Below, one piece after another: positions 7,894 through 16,498 of a stretch of DNA of 32,000 nt (the stretch's first letter is position 1; each line of letters starts with the position of its first letter). The DNA lies in contig NC_007517.1 in NCBI RefSeq assembly GCF_000012925.1, forward strand, positions 2,610,001 to 2,642,000, given 5' to 3'. The notes beneath the pieces are model-generated. The model was not told the DNA's origin. It made no database searches and saw nothing but the letters and a program-made list of their open reading frames with translations. The position numbers and the translations under genes are program-made. Origin of the DNA: Geobacter metallireducens GS-15. GTDB lineage: Bacteria > Desulfobacterota > Desulfuromonadia > Geobacterales > Geobacteraceae.

Positions 7894-8697
7894 TCAGTAG
7901 AGGCTCGCTTCGTCACGCAACTCTTCCACCAGCGATGCATCGATCCAGGCAGAGTCCTTCCCGAACCCCACCAACAGCGCATTGGTCGCCAGGATGTTGA
8001 TCTTGCGCGGCACCCCGCCCGACAACTCGTAAATCCTCCGGATGGCATCCGGAGAGAAGAGCCCCTGGGGTCCGCCGGCCACCTCCACCCGGAAGTCCAC
8101 ATACTCGAGGGTTTCCTCAAGGCTCAGGGGCTGGAGGTGGTAGTGCATGGCAATCCGCTGCCGCAGGGCTTCATGGGCCGGCTCGGACAGTATCTGCCGC
8201 AGCTCCGGCTGCCCCATGAGAATAACACTCATGAGGTTGCGGTCGTCCAGCTGAAAGTTGGTCAGGAGCCTGATCTCGTCGAACACCTCCTGGTCGGGGA
8301 TCAGCTGGGCCTCGTCAATGATGATGACCGGGCAGCGCTTCTCCCCCTCGAGCCGGTAAACCGCCTCGGTGAGCTGCCGCAGGAGTTCGTCCTTGGCCGC
8401 GGCCGGCTCAGCGATGCCGAGACTGCGGGCCACCGTGCGGAGGAATTCCACGGCCGAGAGTCGCGGGTTGACGATGAAACAGAAACAGCCGTCATTCCCC
8501 ACGGCGTCCATGAGCGCCCGGGAGATGGTGGTCTTGCCGCAGCCGATGTCGCCAGTGAGGAGCGCCAGTTCCCGCTCCTCCACCGCATACTGGAGCCGTG
8601 CCAGGGCTTCCCGGTGTCCCCGCGACAGAAAGAGGTAGCGCGGGTCCGGGGTCTTCGAGAACGGCTTTTCGGTCAGACCGTAGAACTCCCTGTACAT
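7894..8697 (-). CDS. ExeA/GspA/MshM-like AAA+ ATPase (AAA_22-type)
   Basis: N-terminus MYREFYGLTEKPFSKTPDPRYLF is typical of ExeA-like proteins. Walker A is GDIGCGKTT and Walker B is VIIIDEAQ. GQPEL and GGVPRKIN motifs are also present. The ATG at 8697 directly abuts the cheA stop (TAG|ATG, zero gap). Confidence 0.85.
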   Translation of the reverse strand: MYREFYGLTEKPFSKTPDPRYLFLSRGHREALARLQYAVEERELALLTGDIGCGKTTISRALMDAVGNDGCFCFIVNPRLSAVEFLRTVARSLGIAEPAAAKDELLRQLTEAVYRLEGEKRCPVIIIDEAQLIPDQEVFDEIRLLTNFQLDDRNLMSVILMGQPELRQILSEPAHEALRQRIAMHYHLQPLSLEETLEYVDFRVEVAGGPQGLFSPDAIRRIYELSGGVPRKINILATNALLVGFGKDSAWIDASLVEELRDEASLY

Positions 8698-10770
8698 CTA
8701 CCCTCCGCTCCGGAACGCCTCGCCGATGATCCCCCCCACGTCGAGCACGAGGATCGTCCGCTGGTCCCCCAGGTCCGCCGCTCCGGTGATCCCCCGGTAC
8801 CCCTTGAACATGTCCCCCAGGGATTTGATGACAATATCCTGCTGCCCCATGAGATCGTCGACAATGACCCCGAGCCGTTTCTCCGCCACCCCCACCACCA
8901 CCACGTAGAACTCGGCGGAATCCGGTTTTGTGCGCGGGACGCCGAAAAAGCGCTCCAGCCGCACGAGCGGCAGGGTCGTTTGCCTGAGCTGGTAGACCTC
9001 CTTGCGCTCCACGGTATCGATGTCATTCTCGGTGACGATGATCGTTTCAAGCACCGACGTGATCGGGAGGGCGTAGGTGCGCCCGGCGGTGGAAACCAGC
9101 AGCGCCTTGATGATGGCCAGGGTGATGGGAAGGGTGATGATGACCTTGCTCCCCTGGCCGAAGATGCTCTCGATGTCCACCATCCCCGAGACGGCGGCGA
9201 TGTTGTTTTTCACCACATCCATGCCGACGCCGCGGCCCGACAGCTCGCTCACCTTGTCGGCGGTGGAAAAGCCGGGGAGAAAGATGAAATCGAGGGCCTC
9301 CCGGTCGGATACCCCTTCCAAGGTCTTGATGAGCCCCTTTTCCAGGGCCTTCTTCTTCACCTTTTCGATATTGAACCCGTGCCCGTCGTCCGACACTTCG
9401 ATGACGACGTGGTTTCCCTTCTGGTAGGAGGAGAGACGGATGGTTCCCCGCTCGGGCTTGCCGGCGGCCACCCGCTCTTCCGTGGTCTCCAGTCCATGGT
9501 CGATGGCGTTGCGGATGATGTGAACCATGGGGTCGGCGATATCCTCGATGATGAGCTTGTCCAGCTCAGTGTCCGCGCCAAAGGTCTTGAGGTCGACCTT
9601 TTTCCCCTGTTCCCGGGAGACCTTCCGGACAATGCGGGCCATCTTCTCGAAAAGTTGCCCAACCGGGATCATCCGGATCTCCATGACCCCCTTCTGCAGT
9701 TCCGTGAGCTTGCGGTCGAGCCCCTTGGCCGCCTTGCCCAGCTCGATGGCCAGGGACGAGAACCCTTCGAGTCTCATGCGTGTCGCCAGCATCGAGATGA
9801 TGGAATGGGAGAGGACCAGCTCGCCCACGATGTTCATGAGATCGTCCAGCTTGCCGATGTCGACCCGCACCGTCCGGCTCATGCTCTTGGCGGTCATGTC
9901 GTCGCCCTGGCCGACAGGAGCGGAGACCTCTGCCGGAGCCGAAGTCGGAACCGACGCCTGCGCTGTAGCGGGGATTGCCACGGCAACACCGGCCGCGATG
10001 GCCGAGGGTGGAGAGGCAGCCGCACCGATCCGGGTGACCTCGACATTATCCCGGTCAATGAGTCCGGTAACATCATCAAGCGCGAGGTCGGTGCCGTAGA
10101 GGATCTCGAAGTCGATCATCGACTCGGGAGTGGCACTGGCACTGGGGAGAGTACTCACCACCTCTCCAGACTTCTTCAGGACTTCCGTGATCTCCCCCAG
10201 ATCCTGATCGAAGGACATGAGGTTGAAGGAGGCATGGATGGAGTAAATGGTCCGCCCCTTCTTCACATTCTCCAGCAGCCGGTGTTCCTCGTATTCGGTG
10301 AGGGAGTTGAGGACCTTCTCCGGCAGGCCGAGCTTCTGGAGGGGTGACTCGCCGCCACTCTCCTGGGCTGTGGCGCAGTCATTGAGCCGCTGAATCGCGT
10401 CGGCAATGGCGGAAGAGAAGTTTTCTCCGGTGCCGAGCCCCCGCACCACGGAACCGAGAAGTTCCATGGCATCGAAGAGGATGTTCATGGTGGCATTGGT
10501 GAGGGGTATTTTGCCGAGGCGAAGTGAATCGAGAAGGTTTTCCAGGTTATGGGAGAGCTGCTGGATGTCGGCGAAACCGAACATGCCGGCGAGCCCCTTG
10601 AGGGAGTGGGCGCCGCGGAAAATGGCATTGAGCAGGTCCGGATCACACTCCCCGCTGTCGGCGCAGTCGCCGAGGGTTCCCAAGTCGGTGCTCAGTCGAT
10701 CGACAATCTCTTCGGCTTCGGCCAGGAAGTCTTCCACGGCCCTGCCGGACGTATCATTTGAATTTGCCAT
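8698..10770 (-). CDS. cheA: Chemotaxis histidine kinase CheA (P1 HPt, dimerisation, HATPase, CheW-like P5; no fused receiver)
   Basis: HPt motif FRGAHSLKGLAGMFG. Dimerisation region RVDIGKLDDLMNIVGELV. ATPase boxes HIIRNAIDHG, VSDDGHGF, GRGVGMDVV. The C-terminal P5 region has ADLGDQRTILVLDV. Confidence 0.95.
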   Translation of the reverse strand: MANSNDTSGRAVEDFLAEAEEIVDRLSTDLGTLGDCADSGECDPDLLNAIFRGAHSLKGLAGMFGFADIQQLSHNLENLLDSLRLGKIPLTNATMNILFDAMELLGSVVRGLGTGENFSSAIADAIQRLNDCATAQESGGESPLQKLGLPEKVLNSLTEYEEHRLLENVKKGRTIYSIHASFNLMSFDQDLGEITEVLKKSGEVVSTLPSASATPESMIDFEILYGTDLALDDVTGLIDRDNVEVTRIGAAASPPSAIAAGVAVAIPATAQASVPTSAPAEVSAPVGQGDDMTAKSMSRTVRVDIGKLDDLMNIVGELVLSHSIISMLATRMRLEGFSSLAIELGKAAKGLDRKLTELQKGVMEIRMIPVGQLFEKMARIVRKVSREQGKKVDLKTFGADTELDKLIIEDIADPMVHIIRNAIDHGLETTEERVAAGKPERGTIRLSSYQKGNHVVIEVSDDGHGFNIEKVKKKALEKGLIKTLEGVSDREALDFIFLPGFSTADKVSELSGRGVGMDVVKNNIAAVSGMVDIESIFGQGSKVIITLPITLAIIKALLVSTAGRTYALPITSVLETIIVTENDIDTVERKEVYQLRQTTLPLVRLERFFGVPRTKPDSAEFYVVVVGVAEKRLGVIVDDLMGQQDIVIKSLGDMFKGYRGITGAADLGDQRTILVLDVGGIIGEAFRSGG

Positions 10771-10779
10771 GGATAACCC

Positions 10780-11145
10780 TCAGGCCGTGTACTGTTTGAT
10801 CAACTCCTGCAAACGCGCCGGATCGAACGGCTTCACCAGATATTCGTTGGCACCGAGAGCGAGCCCCTTTTCCCGGTCACGCTCGCTCCCTTCGGTGGAT
10901 ATGATGAAGAGTGGGATATGGCGGTAATTTTCACTTCCACGGACAAAGCTCACAAGCTCAAGCCCGTTGATGTCGGGCATATTGATATCGGTTATGATCA
11001 GGTCAACGGGTTCCCGAGGCAGAAGCCGAAGGGCTTCGAACCCGCTCGCCGCCTCGGAAACCAGATATCCGCCGAGGGACTCGATGGTCGCCACCAGAAG
11101 GGACCGCATGGTCGACGAGTCTTCCGCTATAAGGATTTTCTTCAC
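10780..11145 (-). CDS. cheY: CheY-like single-domain response regulator
   Basis: Receiver motifs ILIAEDS, ITDINMPDINGLE, FIISTEG, LVKPF. The GTG start at 11145 overlaps the upstream stop as GTGA. Confidence 0.92.
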   Translation of the reverse strand: MKKILIAEDSSTMRSLLVATIESLGGYLVSEAASGFEALRLLPREPVDLIITDINMPDINGLELVSFVRGSENYRHIPLFIISTEGSERDREKGLALGANEYLVKPFDPARLQELIKQYTA

Positions 11146-12326
11146 GTTACACTCCGAAGTTTACTTTCCAGCAGCGCTTTTTCCATGACCAGCCCGGCTT
11201 GGGACAGAAAAATCTCCAGGGCCTCCGTCCCGACGATTGGCCTGCGCTCGGCCTGATTGTCACCGTAGAGGACAGCGATCACCTCTCCACCACTTACGAT
11301 CGGCCCGAGGAAAACCTCGTGGGGAATCTCCACGCCGATACGGCCGAACAGATAACGATTCCATTCATTCGCTTCGGGACGGACCACTGCCGGGTGTTTC
11401 GCTTCAATAACCCCGCTGAACAGCGATGGCTCTCCTCTCGGTATGCGGAGCGACCTGATCCGCTCGTCGGCACCGCCTCCGCGGTCGTCGAGGCCAAACT
11501 GACCGAGCCCCACAACCTCTTCCTTCAGTACCCTGAAGATTACCGCCCGGTCCATGAACTCCGCGGCAAGCCGCAGGACCAGCAGGGTAATGCCGCATCC
11601 CAGCTCGGGATTGTGCAGCTCTTCGAGCATCCCCCGCAACAGGGTCATCCGGTCAGCGTGGCTGTAACCCTCCTCACCGGTCTTTGCCAGCTCCTCTCCC
11701 ATTTCGAGACGAAGCTCCTCACCGATGTTGATGTGCCCCGGCGGCGGCGCAGGCACCACGGTACGCCCTTCAGGAGGCTGGGGAACCCGGAGGGGCTCCT
11801 CATCCCGGGGAATATCCCTTCTGCGGCGGTCCTGGTTCGCCTCCGCCATCAGGAGCCGGGGATTGAGCCCCTGTTCCAGCATGAACTGGAGGGGATCCAT
11901 CCTGATGGTGCCGGCAGTGGCCACGTTGTCCTGGAGAATGAATTCGAATGTCCCTTCCACCCAGGCAAAGAGCGTATAGACTACCCGCTCCACCTGCTCC
12001 CGGGCCACATCTTCGACAACGGTGGCAGGCACGCCGAATCGTCGCACCAGGATCGATCCGAGCCGTTCCTGGAATCCCTCGCTTTCCTGGCATGCAAGGG
12101 CTGACCGCAGGGTTGCGAGATCGAGCTTCCCCTTGCGGATCAGGACCTCGCCGATATTCTCCAGGAGGGTGCTGGAGGTGGCCTGGATCACCTGACCGAG
12201 ACGGAAGACGATGGTCCCTTCACGCCCCCGGCTCTTGATCCGCAGAATCCCCGACTTTGATGAAAGGCTGATGATCTGTAAGATCTCACCCAGCCCCAGA
12301 TCTTCAAGACTCCCGACAAGGCTCAT
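11142..12326 (-). CDS. DUF4388 (PATAN-like) N-terminal domain protein with C-terminal GAF-like domain
   Basis: The N-terminus SLVGSLEDLGLGEILQIISLSSKSGILRIKSRGREGTIVFRLGQV matches my memory of the DUF4388/PATAN signature. A Pro/Arg-rich linker follows. The C-terminal ~150 aa look GAF-like (ITLLVLRLAAEFMDRAVIFRV...GGEVIAVLYGDN). This is the first gene of the che-like operon. Confidence 0.75.
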   Translation of the reverse strand: MSLVGSLEDLGLGEILQIISLSSKSGILRIKSRGREGTIVFRLGQVIQATSSTLLENIGEVLIRKGKLDLATLRSALACQESEGFQERLGSILVRRFGVPATVVEDVAREQVERVVYTLFAWVEGTFEFILQDNVATAGTIRMDPLQFMLEQGLNPRLLMAEANQDRRRRDIPRDEEPLRVPQPPEGRTVVPAPPPGHINIGEELRLEMGEELAKTGEEGYSHADRMTLLRGMLEELHNPELGCGITLLVLRLAAEFMDRAVIFRVLKEEVVGLGQFGLDDRGGGADERIRSLRIPRGEPSLFSGVIEAKHPAVVRPEANEWNRYLFGRIGVEIPHEVFLGPIVSGGEVIAVLYGDNQAERRPIVGTEALEIFLSQAGLVMEKALLESKLRSVT

Positions 12327-12374
12327 GGCATGAGAGGGTCAAAAACCCGGAAAACAGTGGTAGAAACGGCGCTC

Positions 12375-12404
12375 ATCATAAACTACTCGTCCGGTTCAAG
12401 TAAA
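12375..12404 (-). promoter_or_regulatory. Candidate sigma70-type promoter for the che-like operon
   Basis: On the minus strand: TTTACT (12404-12399), an 18-nt spacer, then TATGAT (12380-12375), about 50 nt upstream of the ATG at 12326. The -35 is a weak match, and readthrough from der is equally possible. Confidence 0.25.
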
Positions 12405-12410
12405 GCACGT

Positions 12411-13730
12411 TTACTCCCGGCGATCCCTGCCCCGGAAGATGATCTTGAGCGGGCTGCCGGTGAAATCGAACGCCTCGCGGAACTTGTTCATGAGGTACCG
12501 CTCGTAGGAAAAATGCACCCCCTCCGGCTGATTGGTGAACAGTACGAATGTCGGCGGCTTCGTCCCCACCTGAGTGGCGAAGTAGAACTTCACCCGCCGC
12601 CCGTGGGAAAGGGGGGCGTGGTGTTTCTCCACCGCCTCGGAGAAGACCCGGTTCAGGTCGGAGGTGCTTACCCGCTTGGAATACTGGGCCATGACCCGCT
12701 CCACCTCCTCCATGACCCGGTTGATCCGCTGGCCACTCTTGGCTGATACAAATACTATCGGCGCGAATGAGAGATACTTGAATTCCGTCTTGATCTGGTC
12801 GACGAATTTCCCAAGGGTGCTGTTGTCCTTGGCCAGGGTATCCCACTTGTTGACCACGAAGATGCAGGCCTTGCCCGCCTCAAAGGCGTAGCCGGCGATC
12901 CGCTCGTCCTGTTCCGTCACCCCTTCCTCGGCATTGATGATGATGAGCACCACGTCGGCCCGCTCGATACTCCGCAGGCTGTCCACCACGCTGTACTTCT
13001 CCAGCTTCTGGGTGGTCTTACCTTTGCGCCGGATGCCGGCCGTGTCGATGAGGAGGTAGCGCTTCTTGTTGCAGGCGAAGAGAGTATCGACGGAATCCCG
13101 GGTGGTGCCGGGGGTGGGGTTGGCCACCACCCGCTCGAAACCGAGGAGCCGGTTCACCAGGGACGACTTCCCCACGTTGGGGCGCCCCACCACGGCGATC
13201 CGGGTGATATCCTCGTCATCAAGGCGGGTCGAGCTTTTGGGAAGGGCCGCCACCACCTCCTCCATGAGGTCGTTCACCCCCCGGTTGTGCTCGGCGGAGA
13301 TGGTGTGAAGGGTGCCGATCCCCAGGGTGTAGAAATCGGCCGCCTCGTTCTCGATCTTTTCGCCGTCCACCTTGTTGACCACGAAGAAAACGGGCTTTTT
13401 CACCCGACGGAGCATCTCCACCACCTCCACGTCGGATGGGGTGAGCCCGGCCCGGCCATCCATGAGGAAGATGATGACGTCCGCCTCCTCCATGGCGAGC
13501 TGGGACTGCTCCCTCATCTGCTGCAGGAGCCGGTCTTCGCTCACCGGCTCGAAGCCGCCGGTGTCGATGAGAATGAACGGCGCCTCGAAGCGGGTGACGG
13601 TTTCGTAGTTCCGGTCCCGGGTGACGCCGGGCATGTCGTCGACAATGGCCTTGCGGCGCCCCACGAGACGGTTGAACAGGGTCGATTTCCCCACGTTGGG
13701 GCGACCCACTATGGCAACGAGTGGCATCAT
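12411..13730 (-). CDS. der: Ribosome-associated GTPase Der/EngA (tandem G domains + KH-like)
   Basis: Two G domains are present: [12 protein letters not shown] with DTGG and NKVD, then [12 protein letters not shown] with DTAG and NKWD. The ATG overlaps the era stop as ATGA. Confidence 0.96.
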   Translation of the reverse strand: MMPLVAIVGRPNVGKSTLFNRLVGRRKAIVDDMPGVTRDRNYETVTRFEAPFILIDTGGFEPVSEDRLLQQMREQSQLAMEEADVIIFLMDGRAGLTPSDVEVVEMLRRVKKPVFFVVNKVDGEKIENEAADFYTLGIGTLHTISAEHNRGVNDLMEEVVAALPKSSTRLDDEDITRIAVVGRPNVGKSSLVNRLLGFERVVANPTPGTTRDSVDTLFACNKKRYLLIDTAGIRRKGKTTQKLEKYSVVDSLRSIERADVVLIIINAEEGVTEQDERIAGYAFEAGKACIFVVNKWDTLAKDNSTLGKFVDQIKTEFKYLSFAPIVFVSAKSGQRINRVMEEVERVMAQYSKRVSTSDLNRVFSEAVEKHHAPLSHGRRVKFYFATQVGTKPPTFVLFTNQPEGVHFSYERYLMNKFREAFDFTGSPLKIIFRGRDRRE

Positions 13731-14623
13731 GTGTATCCAAGCTCCTTCAGCATCCGCTCGTCTTCGCTCCAGTCCTTGCGGACCCGGACGAAGAGTTCCA
13801 GGAAAACTTTCGTATTGAGTAGTTTCTCGATCTCGACCCGGGCTGCCGAGCCGATCTTTTTCAGCATCGCCCCCTTTTTGCCGATGATGATCCCCTTCTG
13901 GGAATCCCGTTCCACGGTGATGGTGGCGGCAATGGAGACGAGGCCTCCGTCCTCCCGCTCCTTGAAGCTGTCCACCTCCACGGCGGTGGCGTAGGGGACC
14001 TCGTCGCGGGTCATGCGAAAGACCTTCTCCCGGATGATCTCCGCGGCAATGAAGCGCTCCGGCACGTCGGTCAGGATGTCGTCGGGAAAGTAGACCGGTC
14101 CCTGGGGGAGGGCCTTGCGAACCAGTTCCACCAGATGGTCGACACCGTCGCCGGTGCCGGCCGAAATGGGCACGATCTCCCGGAATGGATAGCGGTCCTT
14201 GTAGGCGGCGATCCGCTCCAGCACCGCCCCCTTCTCCGTCAGGTCCACCTTGTTGATGACAAGGAAGACCGGCGCCGTGGCCCCGGCAAGAACGTCGATG
14301 ATCTCCTGCTCCTGCTCCCCCGGCTTCTGATTAGCCTCAACAAGGAAGAGGACCAGGTCCACCTCCCGGATGGCGGACAGGGCCACCTCCACCATGTACT
14401 TGTTGAGCCGCGAGCGGGCCTGGTGGATTCCCGGCGTGTCGATGAAAACGATCTGGGCGCCGGGGACGTTGTGGATCCCCTGTATCCGGTTACGGGTCGT
14501 CTGGGGCTTGTCCGAGGTAATAACAATCTTTTCGCCGAGAATCCGGTTCAGCAGAGTCGATTTCCCTACGTTGGGGCGCCCGATGATGGACACGAATCCG
14601 GATCGGAACGGGTTATCTGACAA
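13727..14623 (-). CDS. era: GTPase Era
   Basis: G domain motifs [20 protein letters not shown], and a C-terminal KH domain ([15 protein letters not shown]). I prefer TTG 14623, which has AAGGAG 7 nt upstream and gives 8 residues before GF, as in E. coli Era. The track start TTG 14656 overlaps the upstream stop. Confidence 0.95.
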   Translation of the reverse strand: MSDNPFRSGFVSIIGRPNVGKSTLLNRILGEKIVITSDKPQTTRNRIQGIHNVPGAQIVFIDTPGIHQARSRLNKYMVEVALSAIREVDLVLFLVEANQKPGEQEQEIIDVLAGATAPVFLVINKVDLTEKGAVLERIAAYKDRYPFREIVPISAGTGDGVDHLVELVRKALPQGPVYFPDDILTDVPERFIAAEIIREKVFRMTRDEVPYATAVEVDSFKEREDGGLVSIAATITVERDSQKGIIIGKKGAMLKKIGSAARVEIEKLLNTKVFLELFVRVRKDWSEDERMLKELGYT

Positions 14624-14652
14624 AGTGCAACTCCTTTCGTGAAACGTGCAGG

Positions 14653-15693
14653 TCAATCCAGCACGTTGCCGGCAATGGTTCCGCCGGCATAAACAACTTC
14701 GAGATCGTAGGGGGAGAGGTGCGAACTGCCGGTGACCCGCGTCACCGCCACGCCGGACCGCTCCCTGAGACGGACGAGATTACGGCGGTGCTGCCCCGCC
14801 ACGTCGGACAACCGCCGGGGCGCGCAGACAACCACCAGATCGGAACCGGCGGGAATCCCCGCTGTCAGTCGCTGGAGAAGATCGAAAAAGAGTTCGCTTT
14901 CCGCAAGCTGCCGAAATGCCGGATGCCACGGACCAGCCAGGACCGTCCCGGGCCGCTCCAGTTCCTCCGTGGGCTGGAGACCAATCCGGATCACCGGCAC
15001 GCCGGCAGAGATACACCGGCGGAGCATGGCCGCGCAGAGGGAGACGGCATCGTCGAGGGCCAGGGGGGTGTAGTCCCCGGAGCGCCAGAGTTCCGCCAAC
15101 CGGGTCCCCTCCACAACCAACGTGGGATAGATGCGCATAAAGGCCGGAGACAGGGCAAGGACCCGTTCGAGGGATTCAAGGGTCGAATCTGCGGTATCGC
15201 CGGGAAGCCCCGGCATCAGTTGGGCGCCGACGTCGATGCCGGCCCCGCAAAGGGACGCGAACGCCTGCTCCACATGGGCCGCCCCATGCCCCCTGCCGGC
15301 CGCGGTGAGAACAGCATCATCCATGGACTGGACCCCCAACTCCACGGTGGCCACGCCACGGCTCGCGAGAAAGCGCGCCGTTTCACCGTCAACCGCATCG
15401 GGCCGGGTGGAAAGCCTCACCCGGGCCACGCTCCCCGTTGCCATGAGGGGCTGCAGCGGCGCCAGGAGCCGTTCCTGGTCGCTCCGAGGGAGGCTCGTGA
15501 AGGTGCCGCCATAGAAGGCCACTTCCAGAGGCCTCCCCCGTCCGGACGCGGCATGGCGGTCGATGGTGGCGATCATCTCCTCCGGCTCAGGAAGCCCGGG
15601 CCGCTGGCCGGAAATCCGCTCCTGGTCGCAGAAGACACACTGATGGGGACATCCCTGGTGGGAGATAAAAAAGGGGACAATGAGCGGCTTCAT
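14653..15693 (-). CDS. Radical SAM domain protein (ELP3/COG1243-like core, no acetyltransferase domain)
   Basis: The N-terminus [18 protein letters not shown] contains a CX3CX2C 4Fe-4S/SAM motif. YGGTF and ELGVQS-type core strands are present. The ATG at 15693 overlaps the rnc stop as ATGA. Confidence 0.85.
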   Translation of the reverse strand: MKPLIVPFFISHQGCPHQCVFCDQERISGQRPGLPEPEEMIATIDRHAASGRGRPLEVAFYGGTFTSLPRSDQERLLAPLQPLMATGSVARVRLSTRPDAVDGETARFLASRGVATVELGVQSMDDAVLTAAGRGHGAAHVEQAFASLCGAGIDVGAQLMPGLPGDTADSTLESLERVLALSPAFMRIYPTLVVEGTRLAELWRSGDYTPLALDDAVSLCAAMLRRCISAGVPVIRIGLQPTEELERPGTVLAGPWHPAFRQLAESELFFDLLQRLTAGIPAGSDLVVVCAPRRLSDVAGQHRRNLVRLRERSGVAVTRVTGSSHLSPYDLEVVYAGGTIAGNVLD

Positions 15694-16430
15694 CCTTCTC
15701 CTTCGGCAGCGAACCGCGCGAGCACCTGCCGGGCAGCCGCCTGCTCCGCCTCCTTCTTGCTCCTCCCAGCCCCCTCCCCCATCCGTTTTCCGGCCACCAT
15801 GGCAATTACCGTGAAGCGCCGGTCATGGGGAGGGCCGTCCGTAGCGATTAACTCATAGGTGGGCGCCGTCCCGAATCGGGTCTGAACCATTTCCTGAAAC
15901 TCGGTCTTGAAATCCCGCCCCGTGGCCCCCGAAGCAATGCCGGCCAGCAGGGGAGAGAAGTCCTGCTCCACGATCCGTTCGACGGGGCCAAGGCCGCCAT
16001 CCAGGTAGACTGCTGCTAGCAGGGCCTCGTAGGTATTGGCCAGAAGCGACCGGCGCTCCCGCCCGCCGCTCCGCTCCTCGCCCCGCCCCAGGAGCAGATG
16101 TCGTCCAAGGCCGCGGGCCGAGGCCAGCGCCGCAAGAGTTTCCTCCCCCACGAGCGACGCCTTCATCCGGGCCAGCACCCCCTCGCGGCTCTGGGGAAAG
16201 CGGGCAAAAAGCATCTTTCCCACCAGGAGCCCGAGCACCGCATCACCCAGAAATTCCAGGCGCTCGTTGTCTCGAATCCCCTCCTCGCCGCGGCGCTCGT
16301 TCACCCAGGAACGATGGGTAAGGGCCTCAGCCAGGAACTGCCGATTGACGAAGCGGTAGCCGATGCCCGCCTCCAGTTCAGTCGCGCTCTCCTGAACCGC
16401 GCTTTTGTCCTCTACGCCCCGTTCTCCCAT
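15690..16430 (-). CDS. rnc: Ribonuclease III
   Basis: RNase III signature NERLEFLGDAVLGLLV preceded by EALTHRS. The C-terminal dsRBD has DFKTEFQE, GPPHDRRF and GRSKKEAEQAAA. I use ATG 16430. The track start is TTG 16436. Confidence 0.95.
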   Translation of the reverse strand: MGERGVEDKSAVQESATELEAGIGYRFVNRQFLAEALTHRSWVNERRGEEGIRDNERLEFLGDAVLGLLVGKMLFARFPQSREGVLARMKASLVGEETLAALASARGLGRHLLLGRGEERSGGRERRSLLANTYEALLAAVYLDGGLGPVERIVEQDFSPLLAGIASGATGRDFKTEFQEMVQTRFGTAPTYELIATDGPPHDRRFTVIAMVAGKRMGEGAGRSKKEAEQAAARQVLARFAAEGEG

Positions 16431-16438
16431 GACCAAAC

Positions 16439-16468
16439 ACTATAACCTGAATCCGCCGTATTTATCAA
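16439..16468 (-). promoter_or_regulatory. Candidate sigma70 promoter for rnc operon (possibly yielding a leaderless or near-leaderless mRNA)
   Basis: On the minus strand: TTGATA (16468-16463), an 18-nt spacer, then TATAGT (16444-16439). Only 8 nt (gtttggtc) separate the -10 from ATG 16430. There is no SD. Confidence 0.45.
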
Positions 16469-16498
16469 TAATTATGCGACTTGTCGGGGATTTTTGCC

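Noticed and set aside
7873-10347. 824 aa plus-strand ORF
   Set aside because: It is antisense to cheA and the ExeA-like gene, both of which have unmistakable motifs on the minus strand. The composition (D/H/G/L/P/R-rich) is typical of shadow ORFs in high-GC DNA.
12327-12410. Search for sigma54 (TGGCAC-N5-TTGC) or sigma28 promoter upstream of the che-like operon
   Set aside because: I found no convincing match on the minus strand. Only a weak sigma70-like candidate was found and is listed with low confidence.
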